NCBI GenBank assembly: GCA_951406725.2
Contig: OX597820.1
Span: 62,992,001 to 63,056,000 of the forward strand
Direction of reading: 5' to 3'
DNA length: 64,000 nucleotides
From: Octopus vulgaris
Lineage: Eukaryota
Shown: piece after piece, positions 38,770 through 55,330 of the stretch
Position numbering within the stretch: position 1 is the first letter of the stretch
Layout of the letters: each line of letters begins with the position of its first letter
Notes under the pieces: generated by a model
Databases searched by the model: none
Seen by the model: only the letters and a program-made list of their open reading frames with translations
What the model was told of the DNA's origin: nothing
Program-made: the position numbers and the translations under genes

Positions 38770-39005
38770 TTCGTATGGCATCGTCCGCCTTTCTGTCCCT
38801 GTTTCGTATACATTCGATCCTCTTTCCAAGAAATCTAATGCTCGCAGCTTAGTTTTTCCTTGGGGCTAGCCGAATCTGAGCGAATCTCAGGATTAATTAG
38901 CCGAAATTTGCTAGGACGATCCGGTTCCTGACTGAAGATTAGAGGCTTCGAATGATCCGTCCGTTTTTGTGTCGTCTCTTTGTGTTTTTTACGTTCTTGT
39001 CCCAT
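38770..39005 (+). repeat. Unclassified interspersed repeat, homologous to 4320-4600
   Basis: See 4320-4600; ends in a T-rich stretch running into (TA)n. Confidence 0.55.
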
Positions 39006-39043
39006 TTTTATATATAATTTATATATATATATATGTATACATA

Positions 39044-39500
39044 GGCGCAGGAGTGGCTGTGTGGTAAGTAGCTTGCGTACCAACCACATGGTTCCGGGTT
39101 CAGTCCCACTGCGTGGCACCTTGGGCAAGTGTCTTCAACTATAGCCTCGGGTAACCAAAGTCTTGTGAGTGGATTTGATAGACGGAAACGGAAAGAAGCC
39201 CGTCGTATATATACGTATATATATATATATATATATATATATACGTATATATATATATATATGTGTGTGTTTGTGTGTGTGTGTGTGTATGCTTGTGTGT
39301 CTGTGTTTGTCCCCTCAACATCGCTTGACAACCGATGCTGGTGTGTTTACGTCCCCGTAACGTAGCGGTTCGGCAAAAGAGACCGATAGAATAAGTACTA
39401 GGCTTGCGAAGAATAGTCCTGGTGTCGATTTGCTCGACTAAATGCGGTTCTCCAGCGTGGCTGCAGTTAAATGACTGAAACAAGTGAAAGAGAAAAGAAA
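39044..39500 (+). mobile_element. SINE family S1, full length
   Basis: 'ggcgcaggagtggctgtgtggtaag' (A box), 'gggttcagtccc' (B-box-like), 'ccttgggcaagtgtctt', central microsatellite, A-rich tail. Confidence 0.9.
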
Positions 39501-40909
39501 AAAATATGCATCTTACTTTGATAACTTCGATAGGTTTTTATTCAGCAGAGGCGCAGGCCATGTCTAACTTAATAGCACCTCCTGGCGAAGTCTTTTAGTC
39601 ATGTATGGAGCACATTTATAACACATGGTTGTGTTATAAAACGCGTTCAAAGATGTATATAAATTTTAAAGAAAATTCATCACCAGAAGCAAGAATAAGT
39701 TTCAAAAGATACATGCGAATATTTAGGAAGTAACTGAAGACCTTATTTTACAAAGTACGTTGCCATTTTAGATATGAATATTATTTTTCTCTTAATTTCC
39801 TTATTACTTTTAGTTGTATTTTTGTTGTATTTTAGTTGTATTTTTTGTTGTATTTTAGTTGTGTTTTTTGTACTTTTTTAATTAAATATTTATCTTGTTC
39901 GTATCTCGGAAAGTAAACATGAAACTGGATGTTTTGACCCTGTAACAAGCACAGATGGAAGCATAGAAACAACACGAGACTTGCAAGAGAGACTGGGTAG
40001 ACAACAGAAATTGAACTGAAACAGATCATTTGCATTATCCATGCAAGTTTTTGAGATTATCGATTCAAGCATTATGTTAAAGTTACAAATATTTATATAA
40101 CTTTCAGGTAGGGCGTTTCATTTCTTTGAATAGAGCGATTCTGTTCATTAGTCGTCTGGAACACACACATATGGAACCAACTACAAACCTAAATATTGCA
40201 CACACATACACACACTCACACACATATACAGATGTACACGCTAAAGTATATAGCAGATACTGTATGTATAAACAGATATTCGTCTGCTGATCTTATCTTT
40301 AGATCTCCACGGAGATTTTCATGTTCCAGTCTGCTTGTAGAGAACTAATGGACATTAGTTCTATGTAACTTAATGTATTAAAGTATTCCCTGCTGATACG
40401 TTCCACTTCAGCATTGCTAATGCAAATGAAACATCCAGGGCAGGATTCCAAATCACCAAAAATTGAAACGTACGTAGGAAGCAATAAATATGAACTCATG
40501 TTTCTGCTAATTTGTCATACGTACATAGATACCTACATAATGCATATATATACATACATGCTAAGATATATATATATATATATATGTGTGTATGTATGTA
40601 TGTATGTATGCATATGTGTGTGTGTTTTTATTTGTGTGTGTGTGTGTCATACTTGATGTAAATATATCGTCGAAAGGTAAATTTACTACGGCATTTGTCC
40701 TGGAGATTATATATCTTATGGACGCCCTGATTTCAAAAGCAAAATATATATTAAAGGGAGACAGAAATTGTCCCAGCAGCGGCTTGCGAGAACGCCATAT
40801 GCATTTCTACTTCGCTTGGCTTGTATATAGTGTGTATTCATAGTTACCAGCTTACTTAGTCGGAGTTTTTGCCATCGATTTACGAAAATAGGGAATAAAC
40901 ATTCCCTAG

Positions 40910-41196
40910 TTAATACAGTTCTATATTCAAGAGATGAGGAATTATATACATTATTTACATTATTTACATTTGACGGATATTTGTCCTCATCTTGTTTGTT
41001 GTTAACACAACATTTCGGCTGATATGCCCTCCAGCCTTCATCGGGTGTGTTGGGGAAATTTCGAACCTGGGTTCTCATTTCTAAAGTATATTTCGATGTT
41101 ATTACTATTATTACTATTATTCAGGTCACTGCCTGGAATCGAATTCGTAATCTTGGGGTTAGTAGCCTGCGCTCTTAACCACTACGCCATATGCCC
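40910..41196 (-). mobile_element. Composite element: tRNA-like head (41196-41121) + short (AAT) linker + HHR module (HHR 41005-41048)
   Basis: Head GGGCATA-TGGCGTAGTGG(A box)...ATTCGATTCC(B-box-like). HHR ACAC-CCGATGA-A-GGCTG-GAGGGCATAT-CAGCC-GAAA-TG-TT-GTGT. Confidence 0.75.
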
Positions 41197-41245
41197 GTAT
41201 GTTCGATTCCAGGCAGTGGCCTGAATAATAGTAGTAATAATAATG

Positions 41246-41368
<123 letters not shown>

Positions 41369-41574
41369 GACAAATACATAACAAAAACACCAGGACTTAC
41401 AAACACATATAACATACAGAAAATTGCACTACTAGGCACTGCACACATCCTACGCAGAACACTTTCCATACAATAACCATCAGAGCATCACAACAAATCA
41501 CAGCACATACCCAAGGCACACAGAGCTGTGCTCGGTAGTGAAGTGAAATCACGCTATAAAAATAAAACTACTGA
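41369..41574 (+). mobile_element. 5'-truncated Dong/R4-type element in (AAT)n
   Basis: DKYITKTPGLTNTYNIQKIALLGTAHILRRTLSIQ* plus 3' UTR ending 'ctactg'; (AAT)n on both sides. Confidence 0.82.
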
Positions 41575-44445
<2,871 letters not shown>

Positions 44446-44449
44446 GTAA

Positions 44450-44700
44450 TGTGATGCTCTGATGGTTATTGTATGAAAAGTGTTCTGCGTAGGATGTGTG
44501 CTGTGCCTAGTAGTGCAGTTTTGTTTTCTTTCACATATAACATACAGAAAATTGCACTACTAGGCACTGCACACATCCTACGCAGAACACTTTCCATACA
44601 ATAACCATCAGAGCATCACAACAAATCACAGCACATACCCAAGGAACACAGAGCTGCGCTCGGTAGTGAAGTGAAAGCACGCTATAAAAATATACTACTG
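44450..44700 (+). mobile_element. 5'-truncated Dong/R4-type element with a 5' inverted duplication
   Basis: 44532-44700 is the same 3' end as 41404-41574; 44450-44522 is the reverse complement of ~44548-44620. Confidence 0.82.
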
Positions 44701-44737
44701 AATAATAATAATAAATATATTAATAATAATAATAATG

Positions 44738-44834
<97 letters not shown>

Positions 44835-44835
<1 letters not shown>

Positions 44836-44986
44836 AACATCGCAAAATATCTTAGGAATGAGAACCCAGGTCCGAAATTCCCCCAAGACATCTGATGAAG
44901 GCTGTAGGGTAAATCAGCTAAAACGTTGTGTTAACAGCAAGCAAGATGAGGACAAATGTCCGTCAAATGTAAATAATGTATATAAT
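44835..44986 (+). mobile_element. HHR module of the tRNA-head composite element (HHR 44888-44931, G12 mutated to A)
   Basis: ACAT-CTGATGA-A-GGCTG-TAGGGTAAAT-CAGCT-AAAA-CG-TT-GTGT; colinear with the reverse complement of ~40945-41100. Confidence 0.75.
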
Positions 44987-46493
44987 AAACATTTCTTATT
45001 GTTGCGAATACCCACTCAGCTGAATTAAAATATTAAAATAAGTTATATGCAACAGGAGAGGCACTAGCATATAATAGCCGTCCATATATCATAGTTAATG
45101 TAACGAAAGCATCGAAAATATCTCGCGTGGATGTACTATATTTCAAGACACAATAAATATTGGAATGGGACAAAAATTGTCCGAGCAGAGGCGAGGGAGA
45201 ACATTAGATGGTGCCAGATGATAAGTAGATGGCAATATTCTATCGAGAAAGAATATCAACTTTTTCTTAAATGTATTTTTCACTGAGAATATAAATCGAA
45301 TTTCCCCAAGTGGAAAACGTTATTCCTTGTTCTGATTAGCAGATGTTGATTTTATAAATCCTTATCGAGCAAACCCTACAATTTTATATAATATAACCAC
45401 CGAAAGCTATCTAAATCTGTGCTGCATCGCGTATAGATTTATTGCTGGTACGTGCCTCATTTGGTTTCGTTATTCTTGCGTGGATATTTTTATTCATAAC
45501 TTTGCAACACATAACACCGCCTGAAATTTTTCTAATTGTCCATGGGATTTAATTAAGGTGATATGATTAAAGAAACATATTTAAGAAGATGGAATTGGAA
45601 AGGAATTCAACTACGTGCGTTTACAAAGTTGTGATCGTTTGTAGAGTGTTGAAGATTGAGATAAGTTCCTGAGATCAAAGATTTGTATGCATGTACCCGC
45701 CACAAAGAAAAAAGAAAGAAAAAAATTATGCGTGTTGAAGGGGAAAGCTATGAGAAAGTCAAGCGCATTATTATATATACAGCTGTATAAGAGAAAGCAG
45801 CTGTGAAAATGCATATTTGGCTGTGTCGACGTAAGCCATCGTGTATTCTTCTCATGAGAAACTAAATTAATTATATCTTGTTAATTATATCACTTTAATT
45901 ATATCGTCTTAATTAGATCTCCTTAGCAAGGTTTAAAAAAAACATGGTTCTACTAAAATATACCACCTTTAAAATATTCTTTTGACAAAATATTTGTAAC
46001 AACATACCTGAAAATTAGTAAAACATTAATAGCGAAATATAAATAATTCTATATTTATAACTAAGGAAGAAACAAATTGAATAGTGTTTCCTCCTAACGT
46101 AAGATATCAAACACGAAGCTAGATGTAAACTAAAAATATACCTGAATAAACAAGGCTTATTCGGGACTAAAATTTAACGCGCAAATAAAAATAAAATTTA
46201 AATAAAAGTTAAAACAGAAAATGGTGAAGCATTTACTGACATTTTTGAAATGTATAATTACGCAGAAATTATGAAAAAACTTCTATTTTCGATGATCCTT
46301 TGTAGTGAATTTTCTCTACGAAATAGAGAGATTAAAATAACGTAATTAATAAATTTAACCTCAAAGCAAATATCTGTCGTTACGTACTAGTTAAGTCTTT
46401 CTTACACCAAAAGGGAAAGCCCCGAAATGAACGTCTTGTTTCTATCAACGAGTTTTACTTAGATAAACAAGCACACACATGCACTTCACTAAT

Positions 46494-46524
<31 letters not shown>

Positions 46525-46610
46525 TCCTCTCAAATGCAGTTATATACATTTATAACAAAATAATCTGTACCAATTACTGCAGCAGAATTAAACAGGAGTA
46601 TACATTTTAT

Positions 46611-46737
46611 CGTGTCTGGAGACATACATTTTCTTTTAGTGCCTTATCATTAACACACTCACCGGTTCGATTTCCACTCATATGCTTTTTCCAAATTTTC
46701 GTTGCGTCTTACAGCCTTTTCAATAGACGTTGACTCT
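46611..46737 (-). mobile_element. Solo diverged arm of the 31909-32184 family with decayed U3-A8 HHR
   Basis: 'gtgtctgg...cattttcttttagtgccttat...caccggt...aattttcgttgcgtcttacagccttttcaatag...tgactc'. Confidence 0.7.
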
Positions 46738-48755
46738 GTCTGTTATCAGAGCTGCGTTCTTTTTGTTTGTTTGTGCGCATATATGTGAGTCAGTGTGCAT
46801 GTGTGTGTGTGTGTGTGTGTATGTATGCGTGTATGCACCCACACACACATACATATGTGTACACACATACGCACAATGCAGTCAGAAGACTGAAACAACT
46901 GCAGGATGAAATAATAACGGAAAATCACAAATACCACTAATATAACTATTACTAATACAATAAAGACACAGCTGGCAATTGGTTTCATAAGGAAACCAAT
47001 TACCAGAACCTTATCAATATTCAAAGAATAACATGCGATGTTTCAGAATGACGATCATGAATGATCAACTTAGTTCATTTGAATTCTTCTTCTCTTCTCT
47101 TTCAGCATGACTAAATCATGACAAATTGATTGAAATCGGTCGCATCTTTTGATAAAAATGTAAATATTTCTTTCATTTCTGCATAAGAATATTTTGAATA
47201 TAGCTGTCCTCTAGCTTTTTATATGTTCACAGACACAAACACACACACATACATACACACACAGATATGTGCGCTCATAAAAACGATTAAGAATCACGCA
47301 AAATGAGATATACGAAATATTATAGAAACATTAAATACTTGAAAACTGAATATGTATATAAAATGACGGGTAATTTAATATTTAATTTCGACTCGCAAAT
47401 AAATGTCTTTTACTGCTTTTATTTTTTGGGTTCCGATCATGGTGGAGCACTGCGCTTTGTGTCTATTACGAATGTTATGGAACTGAAGTTATTGTATGAC
47501 TACTTTTATCTTTATACCTCGACGCCTCTGAACACTAGCCAATGCATGGTTCCACACCGACACTCCCCACACACGCAAACACAAATACACATACACGCTC
47601 GCACACACACACACACGCACGCGTACACACACACACACACAAACACAAACAGATACACACATGTCTAATCACGCACCACTTTGGTTGTAATGTGTGTGTG
47701 TGTTTGTGAGCCATCAAATTTCGGAGGAAGGTGCTAGTCGATTATTTCGTTGCCAGCGCGTAACTAGTACTTCTTTTATCGATCCTGATAGGATTAAACG
47801 CAAAGTGGGCCTCGGCGGAAAATGTAATTAATCATAATGGAGCTAGCACTGGCATACCGTTTGTTACCGGTGGAAAATTCGACAATGGGAGTGTTCACGA
47901 AGATATATGTAATTTCTCATATACGTACTTTCTAAATCATAAGACATCTTGAAATAAATTACGTGATGGCTTTATACTGGACGGAGTAAATAAATATTTG
48001 AATGTGTGCATGTACTCTTATTTACTTGTACCTGCAGGGTCATTCACCCGGGGTAGGTTAAGCTGATTCCAATGAATGAGTAATTCATGTTCGGAGTTTC
48101 TGCGGAAATTCAAGTTTTCGTATGGTCCCTGGTCACATCCATACGTATTTTGTGATAGTGTGATCCTTAGCAGCTAATCTCCCTGCTATGGTGGTCCGTC
48201 GCAGACGATTCACTAACCCAAGACACTGCCGATTATCGTTGCAGATGTAACACGCACTCGTGAGTATTTTGCCTGTGTGTCTGTGTGCGTACTTGTAGGA
48301 TTGGGACTTACGTAAATATATGGCGGGGGTTTAATATTGTAGCTGAAAGCATTTCAGCGGAATTCATGCATACATGCTTGTCCGTGGTTGATCAAGCTGG
48401 AGAAGTTTGGAAATGCGTATGTTTTGAGTGCTAGTGGGTGCAGATTTTTTAGTACATGAGTAGGAGAGTGGTGTAAGTGAATGGTGATAGGATTGAAGAT
48501 TGGATAAATTGTATACGAGGTGGAATATGCATGCATGGGCGTGTGATGTTTAACCCCGAGCCATTCTTGAGCGAGCAGGCTTATTATCAAACGTGCCCTG
48601 ACCGAAACAAACTAAGATAATTCAATGATTGTGCGTCATAGATAGTCAATATTGACTATCCATTTTCGGGGATGATATGGTACACTTTGAAGATATGTAA
48701 CAGTTATTTCTAGCACTCTTGACGGGACATATGTACGTGTGTGTATGTGTGTGTA

Positions 48756-48802
<47 letters not shown>

Positions 48803-49293
48803 TTATATATTTGAAAATATGCTTGTCTTTGTGTCTCTGAGTGTATGACGGAAGTTGTTAGATGTATCAGATGACGGATAATGAAAGTAACACTAAAGAT
48901 GGAGGCGTTGTTCGGGTGGGCTTATGAGTGCATAAGAATACGTGTGCGAATGCGTACGTAAATTTCATTTCCGTGTCTGGGAACATAAATAAGCTTGTCT
49001 TACATGTTTATGCGTGTGTGTATAGTGTATATGAGATGTATTACATAAACATGTATGTGTGTCACTTTATGTAAACCAATTTGGATATAGAATAGATTCG
49101 TGTCAGTTGGTCTATATAAGTTTGTTTCCGTGTGTAAGTATATGTGAGCGCTCCCATTTTCTAGGTTTCACCATTTAATAAGGCATGTGCCTATCGGGGT
49201 GTTGTTTGCATACAAATAAACATATAAATGAACGGACAAATACCTACACCTCCGTGTGTTTCTCCATAATATCTGTATGTGTGTGTGTGTGTG

Positions 49294-49575
49294 TGAAGGC
49301 GCGTGGCTCAGTGGTTAAAGCGTCGGGCTCGCAATCATGAGGAAGTGAGTTTAGTTCCTGGACAGATATGTGCGTTGTGTTCTTGTGAAAGACACTATAT
49401 TTCACGTTACTCCAGGTCGCTCAGCTGTGAAAAGGAGTTGCGTTGTTGTTGGTGCCAAGCTGTACCGGCCGTTGCCTTTCCCTTGGTTTGCCCGCACTTG
49501 TGCCGCGGAGGGTGACTTTCTATGTGCAATTCTACGATCATTCACGACCGAAGGGGTTTATTTCTTCACCTTTAT
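49294..49575 (+). mobile_element. tRNA-derived SINE, family S3
   Basis: 'gaaggcgcgtggctcagtggttaaagcgtcggg' A box, 'gttgtgttcttgtgaaagacactatatttcacg..ctccag' body; related to 57070-57365 (-). Confidence 0.7.
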
Positions 49576-49683
<108 letters not shown>

Positions 49684-49878
49684 AGTATGTGACAATTATT
49701 CGGTAGCCATGATAAAAGGCCGTCATCTCTTCTGTTATCCTGTCTTCGGAAAAATGCTATGAATAAAAACAATTGCATATATTTATATATTATTATTTAC
49801 ATAATATCGAGGTATCTTTCTTTCTTTTATTGACTTACCATTTTCATCAATCAATTATCTCTCTCTCTCTCTCTCTCT

Positions 49879-49953
<75 letters not shown>

Positions 49954-49961
49954 ACATACAT

Positions 49962-50088
<127 letters not shown>

Positions 50089-50356
50089 CAGCTGCAGCGT
50101 GGAAGGTGTTTATAAGCCATTTAAGAAACACACACAGACCGTCAGTCTCTCAGATGCAGCACGAACTTTTGTCTGTGAACAGGTCGCGGTCTCAAATCGA
50201 CGAAACTATTTTGACAACTTAAATTTAAATGTTGAAGTGAATCTAACGGTTTCCGTGTGCTTCTTAAATGGCTTATAAACATCTTCCACGCTGCAATTGC
50301 TTTCGTTCCAGCACACGATCTCAGATCAAGTCACTCGCCATGCAAGTACATCTCCG

Positions 50357-50360
<4 letters not shown>
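50089..50360 (+). mobile_element. Short element between (TA)n tracts with a 5' inverted duplication and a candidate G3-C8 HHR (50169-50217)
   Basis: 50094-50146 is the reverse complement of ~50244-50296. Motif TTGTCT-GTGAACA-G-GTCG-(11 nt)-CGAC-GAAA-CTAT-TT-TGACAA. Confidence 0.6.
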
Positions 50361-50399
<39 letters not shown>

Positions 50400-50740
50400 T
50401 TTCTCTGTCCCACGTTTCACTATTTGTTACTCTCACCATCATATATTTGTGCATGCTTCTCACGGGTTTAGGATTCAGATATATTTCTTCCTTCACTCGC
50501 CCGCTCCTGCGTGTACCTATTTATCTGTGTATTTATATATCGTATACGATATGTCTTCCGCAAGTGTCGTGTTACATCTTATTCTATGTGTAGACATATA
50601 AATTTGTGAAATCTATACATAGGCGTACGTGTGTGTGAATAAGCGTCTTCATAAAAATTAGTCTCTGTGTATACATGCGAAGGTAGGTATAGACGTTTAT
50701 ATATATAATACACACACGCGCGCTCACACACACACACACG

Positions 50741-50772
<32 letters not shown>

Positions 50773-50808
50773 CATACATATACACATATACACACGTACA
50801 CATATATT

Positions 50809-50863
<55 letters not shown>

Positions 50864-50897
50864 ATATATACATTTCTTATATATATATATGATAATG

Positions 50898-51005
<108 letters not shown>

Positions 51006-51129
51006 AAGAAGAAGAAGAAGCGGACACGAAGAACAGGTAAAAACAAACAAACAGGTTATAAAGGGATTACGCCCAGAAAAATTAGAAGTCTTTTTGCATT
51101 TTGAGTGTAACCTCTTCCGTAGAAGAAAC

Positions 51130-52690
51130 TTAATCAACAGCAATTAAAAGCCTAATTAACATAATTAACCACGGTATCCATTCCACAATGGAATACAGTC
51201 ACAAATAATTACCCTTCCTGGATGTCTTGATCATAAAAAGAGATACTGAAATTGAAACCGACGCCTTCCTCAAATTAACGGACTCAACACCACATCTTCA
51301 AACCAACGGACTCAAAACATCTATTCTCCTGCTGTTACCCAAAATATAGTAAAATATATATACCGTTCAAGAAGAATTTGTCCGATTGCATCAAATCCGG
51401 AAACCCAAGAAAAGCAAATTCAAGAACTTAAAAACACGCTACTAGATAGAAAATACCCGACCAGTCTAATCAAAAACGGAATAGAACGTGCAAAAATGAT
51501 GGACATCCAAGAGATACAGAAAACAAGAAAACACCATAACACACTGAAAACTTTATCTTACGCATCAATACACAATCCGAGGAACAAGGAAGCATACATC
51601 ATCCATCAAAACATACCCCACCTTATGAATGACCTACGAATGAAAAATGCGCTGGAAACACATAGGGTTATCAAAAGCAAGAGACAACCGTAATCCCTAA
51701 AAAAAGTTACTCACCAGCGCCAAATTACCCACCAAAAATACAACCACATTAGTCTAAAAGTTCAACCACCCTAATTGCGGGGATTGCATCTTACTCTTAG
51801 AGCTCTCAACATACAAATTTAAGTAATCTCAAACCTTTACCATAAAAAATCACTTCACCTGTGCTTCGAAAAACTTAATCCATGTTGTCAAATGTGGAGG
51901 GTGTGGTGGAGACCTACATAAGCCAAAGTAGTTTGATATTGATTGAAGACTAATGGAACACAGGCAACAAATCTGGGATCCCACGGCCAGGAAAATTCCC
52001 GTAAGCAAACACCTAGACCAATGCGCCGCAAGCATAAACCCGAAATACCAAATCTTCCCTCTTTATCAATGAACCGGAAACACTTCAACACAATTCCGCT
52101 TAAAAAAGGAAGCATGATCATTCAAAAGTATAAACCAGAGCTGAATATCCTTTAGAAAGAAAAAAAACCCACTAAATAGAGAAAGGAAATAAAACCCAAT
52201 TTGTCCTCAAAAAAATACAGATACAGCAGACATTATTCACAATCTTTAGTAACAGTCTTCCACGCGGGTTTCGAAACCGCAACTCTAAATTATCGTGCAA
52301 TTATAACATACAAACATCAGCTGCTGACGTCACCAAACTCTAGACCAATGAAATTTTACCTCCGATCAAAACCGAACTTCAGCAAATGCATCAAAATGAC
52401 CCTTTATGAGAATCAAACAACTGGAACGGCTGATGACCGTTTCCAACAGGGAAGCCAACCAGGCATAACGACAGATTTGATCACTAGAAAAATAAGATGT
52501 CACCAGTACATTAACGAATCAAAAATCAGATTCGTTCATGGAAAAGATTATGAATACACCGGATTCCCCCAAACGCCGTTACAAGCGAAATTCCCTGCAC
52601 ACAAAGGAGAAAGAATCACAGAAACAGTAAACAGACCCCCCTTTTTTTATTATCTTCATTTATCCCTTGTTTTTCTCACTCTTAACTCAG
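51130..52690 (+). pseudogene. Old degraded Penelope-like element (RT C-terminus, GIY-YIG, 3' UTR), related to the 6574-7323 ORF
   Basis: TMEYSHK*LPFLDVLI, KPTDSK, LLDRKYPTSLIKNGIERA, IHNPRNKEAY, VIKSKRQP*SLKK, HFTCASKNLIHVVKCGGC, IQKYKPELN. Many indels. Confidence 0.85.
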
Positions 52691-53034
52691 TATGACCGAA
52701 ACTTTGATGATGTTCATTTCTTGTGGATTACTACTTACACAATTGAATTTTGAGCATTTAAACAAAATTATCCACATTTTTTTTATATTATTGAATGTTA
52801 TGAACATTTAAATCATATTTCATATTATTGAAACTAGTAAACATTGAAACTTTTAAACATGTTTTTCTAATTCATAATTTAAGATTTTTACCATTAATAA
52901 ACAAAAATATTGTTGAAACTTGTTTGGTATGTATTTAAATAAATTTGTTTAAAACCAATTACAAGTTTTTCAAATTTAGGTGCATTTTCATCACCATGTT
53001 TTCCTATATTTTTTCCTGCGTGGAAATACACCTC

Positions 53035-53078
<44 letters not shown>

Positions 53079-53126
53079 ATAATTTTAAATATAAGCATCT
53101 CAGTTCATGAATGCTGATGATGTTCA

Positions 53127-53163
53127 TAGCTGATGAAGCATAACGACACAGAAACACGTCCTA
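53127..53163 (+). ncRNA. CpG-decayed minimal type I HHR
   Basis: TAG-CTGATGA-A-GCAT-AACG-ACAC-A-GAAA-CACG-TC-CTA; intact core, GUC site and 3-bp stem I. Confidence 0.55.
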
Positions 53164-54299
53164 CAACGTGATGTGGTCCATTTGTGGTTTTCTCAAGTGA
53201 TATGTAGAATTTCTCTGTAGCTAGAACTTTCTTTCTCAGAATGTGCATGAACTCTTAAATTAACTGCACACACACACACACACACACGCACACACAGACA
53301 CACATGTGTGTGTGTGTGTGTGTGTGGTTCAGATGATGGGATCAGAGGAAGAGGTTCTCATATTGTGGGAAGTGTAAAACTTTAATGTGAATGATTGTTG
53401 GTAGTACCTAGTGTTAGTGTTTAAGTTTTTTGTGACCAATTCTAGTTTGCACACCACATTAACCACGTCGTTGTTGTACCATTTATCTAGTAGTTTGTGC
53501 GCGATAATGACCATACTGTTGTACACCTGTCTTGAGATTTAATCTTAATCTTCGTGAAAGCTGGTGGTGATACCTGTGGCAGCATGTGTTATAAATTGTA
53601 TTGTAATCCTTGTTGTTTAGCCCAGGTCAAATAAAATCATCCAGCAGACTTATGAACAAAGACAACCTACTATGTTACCTGCGCTCTCCATTTTGAGGAC
53701 GATGGGGCAGATCTTCTGCAGATTCACTGACAGTGTAGACGGTCAGTCATTGGTCAGATATTAATACACTATTTCACGGGTTTTTATATATCCCTGTGGA
53801 CAGCATGTTCCTACACTGCAGTCGTTCTCAGTATTTTATTTCAAATAGGTATGGCTTACTAATGGTGATTTAATGTATTTAGCAATTTCCTACTCCTTTG
53901 ATCATCACATTCTGTTTATATACTGCTTTACAATATTTACATTCTAGATTGCACTTGCACTTAGTGTCGATAAACTTTACACCTTCGAATCGTGTCTTGT
54001 TACTATTTCCATTTTCATTTAGAGTCAATATACGTGGGATGGCTTCCCCCAGCACTTGGTGTATATTGCATGGACCTTATGGCTGATGTGATCATCGAAT
54101 ATTTTCTTGTAGACAAGAAAGAGTTAAGAAATTATGAAGAAAAAGACACACACCTAGTATTTTTTCTACAACATTGTCTATGATAGGAATCATTTCCTTG
54201 ATATGACTTTCAAAATTTTCCTTTGTAGTTCTTTCTTTTGCGAGTCACTGCTTTTCTGAAACGATCATAATTTATATATATATAGCTAGATCTGAGAGG

Positions 54300-55330
54300 T
54301 TCTCATGGTGTTTTTCACACTTTTCTTCCGGTTATGAGGCTGTCAAATTTTGTTGGTTAGAAATCCATAATTTGCATTTTAGTCATTCACAAATGTTTTC
54401 GATGCTCATCATCAAGAAATGCAAGAAATTTTCTTTAAAGCTCATGCGCACGGAAAAGAACCTCTCCACCTTAGCCGCTATCTCACTTCCGACTATAAAA
54501 GTAAGCGACAGCGCAATGAATCCATGTCAAAATAAATTTTCACACCCAAATGAGTCTTTAATGGACTGCTGGTAATAAAAAGACATTTCGACAATTTTAT
54601 CTAAAACTTCTTCAGTTCAACTCCAAATGATTTTTCGATCGATGTTTCTATAGAAAACTCTTTTGTAATAACATCCGGATTTCGCTCTTTAACAAATGTT
54701 GTAAGCCCTTTCATATAACCTAACATACAGAGACCTCTTTCGTCACAAATACCAACACATAACTTCAATGAAATTTCCATTTTTCAATATCTTTATCTCT
54801 GTTAGTGCCTGGCACTTTTTGTAACAAAATTTCATTTAGTATTTGATCTTCATCAATAATACGAATGAATGCAAATAGTTGCGCTTTTTTAATACTGGCT
54901 ATTAACTCATCAACTTCCAAAGGGAAATTCGAATGTTGAAGCTTATCGTGGCATACATTTTCCTCCATGTTAGCTGATAATTACAAAATACTGCTTTGAA
55001 TGGTATAATTTGAGTATGTAGGTTACATATTTATTTGATCTGCTTGATCTCCTAGCATTGTCTTCACAATCTTTCTGCATGCAAACAAAATTGCTGACTT
55101 CATCAAAGTGTGAGATTGCATTTTTTTCTTCTGTGCAATCATTTCATATATAAAGTATGAAATAATTGGGTCTTTTCAGAAAACGTCGGTCTTTTAAAAT
55201 ATTTGTTTGCTTTGTTTGTAGTTCTGACAATCTTTGAAATAATTTGAATGTTTTTCTTGAACAGAGCAGTGCTTCGCTTTGAAATGTCTTTTGAAGTAGC
55301 AAGGGAGCATTGATTCATCTCTCATTCTAT
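54300..55330 (-). pseudogene. hAT (Buster/Charlie-type) transposase relic
   Basis: Minus strand: MIAQKKK..ILFACRKIVKTMLGDQA..LSANMEENVCHDKLQHSNFPLEVDE..KAQLFAFIRIIDEDQILNEILL..CVGICD..MLGYMKGLTTFVKERNPDVIT, matching the ZBED5/FAM200-like motif order (FSLQLDE, AQLLAFVR, CVGVCTDGA). Many stops. Confidence 0.78.

Noticed and set aside
39808-39870. Short ~21-bp tandem repeat (ttttagttgtatttttgttgta)
   Set aside because: Ordinary slippage-derived minisatellite with under three copies.
41121-41196. Functional tRNA gene
   Set aside because: A and B boxes are present but acceptor and anticodon stems pair poorly, and it is fused to an AAT linker and HHR module; treated as a SINE-like head.
52421-52463. 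HHR in the 3' UTR of the old PLE (CTGATGA-CC...GG-GAAG)
   Set aside because: Position is as expected, but GAAA is GAAG and stems I and III cannot be closed; too decayed to call.
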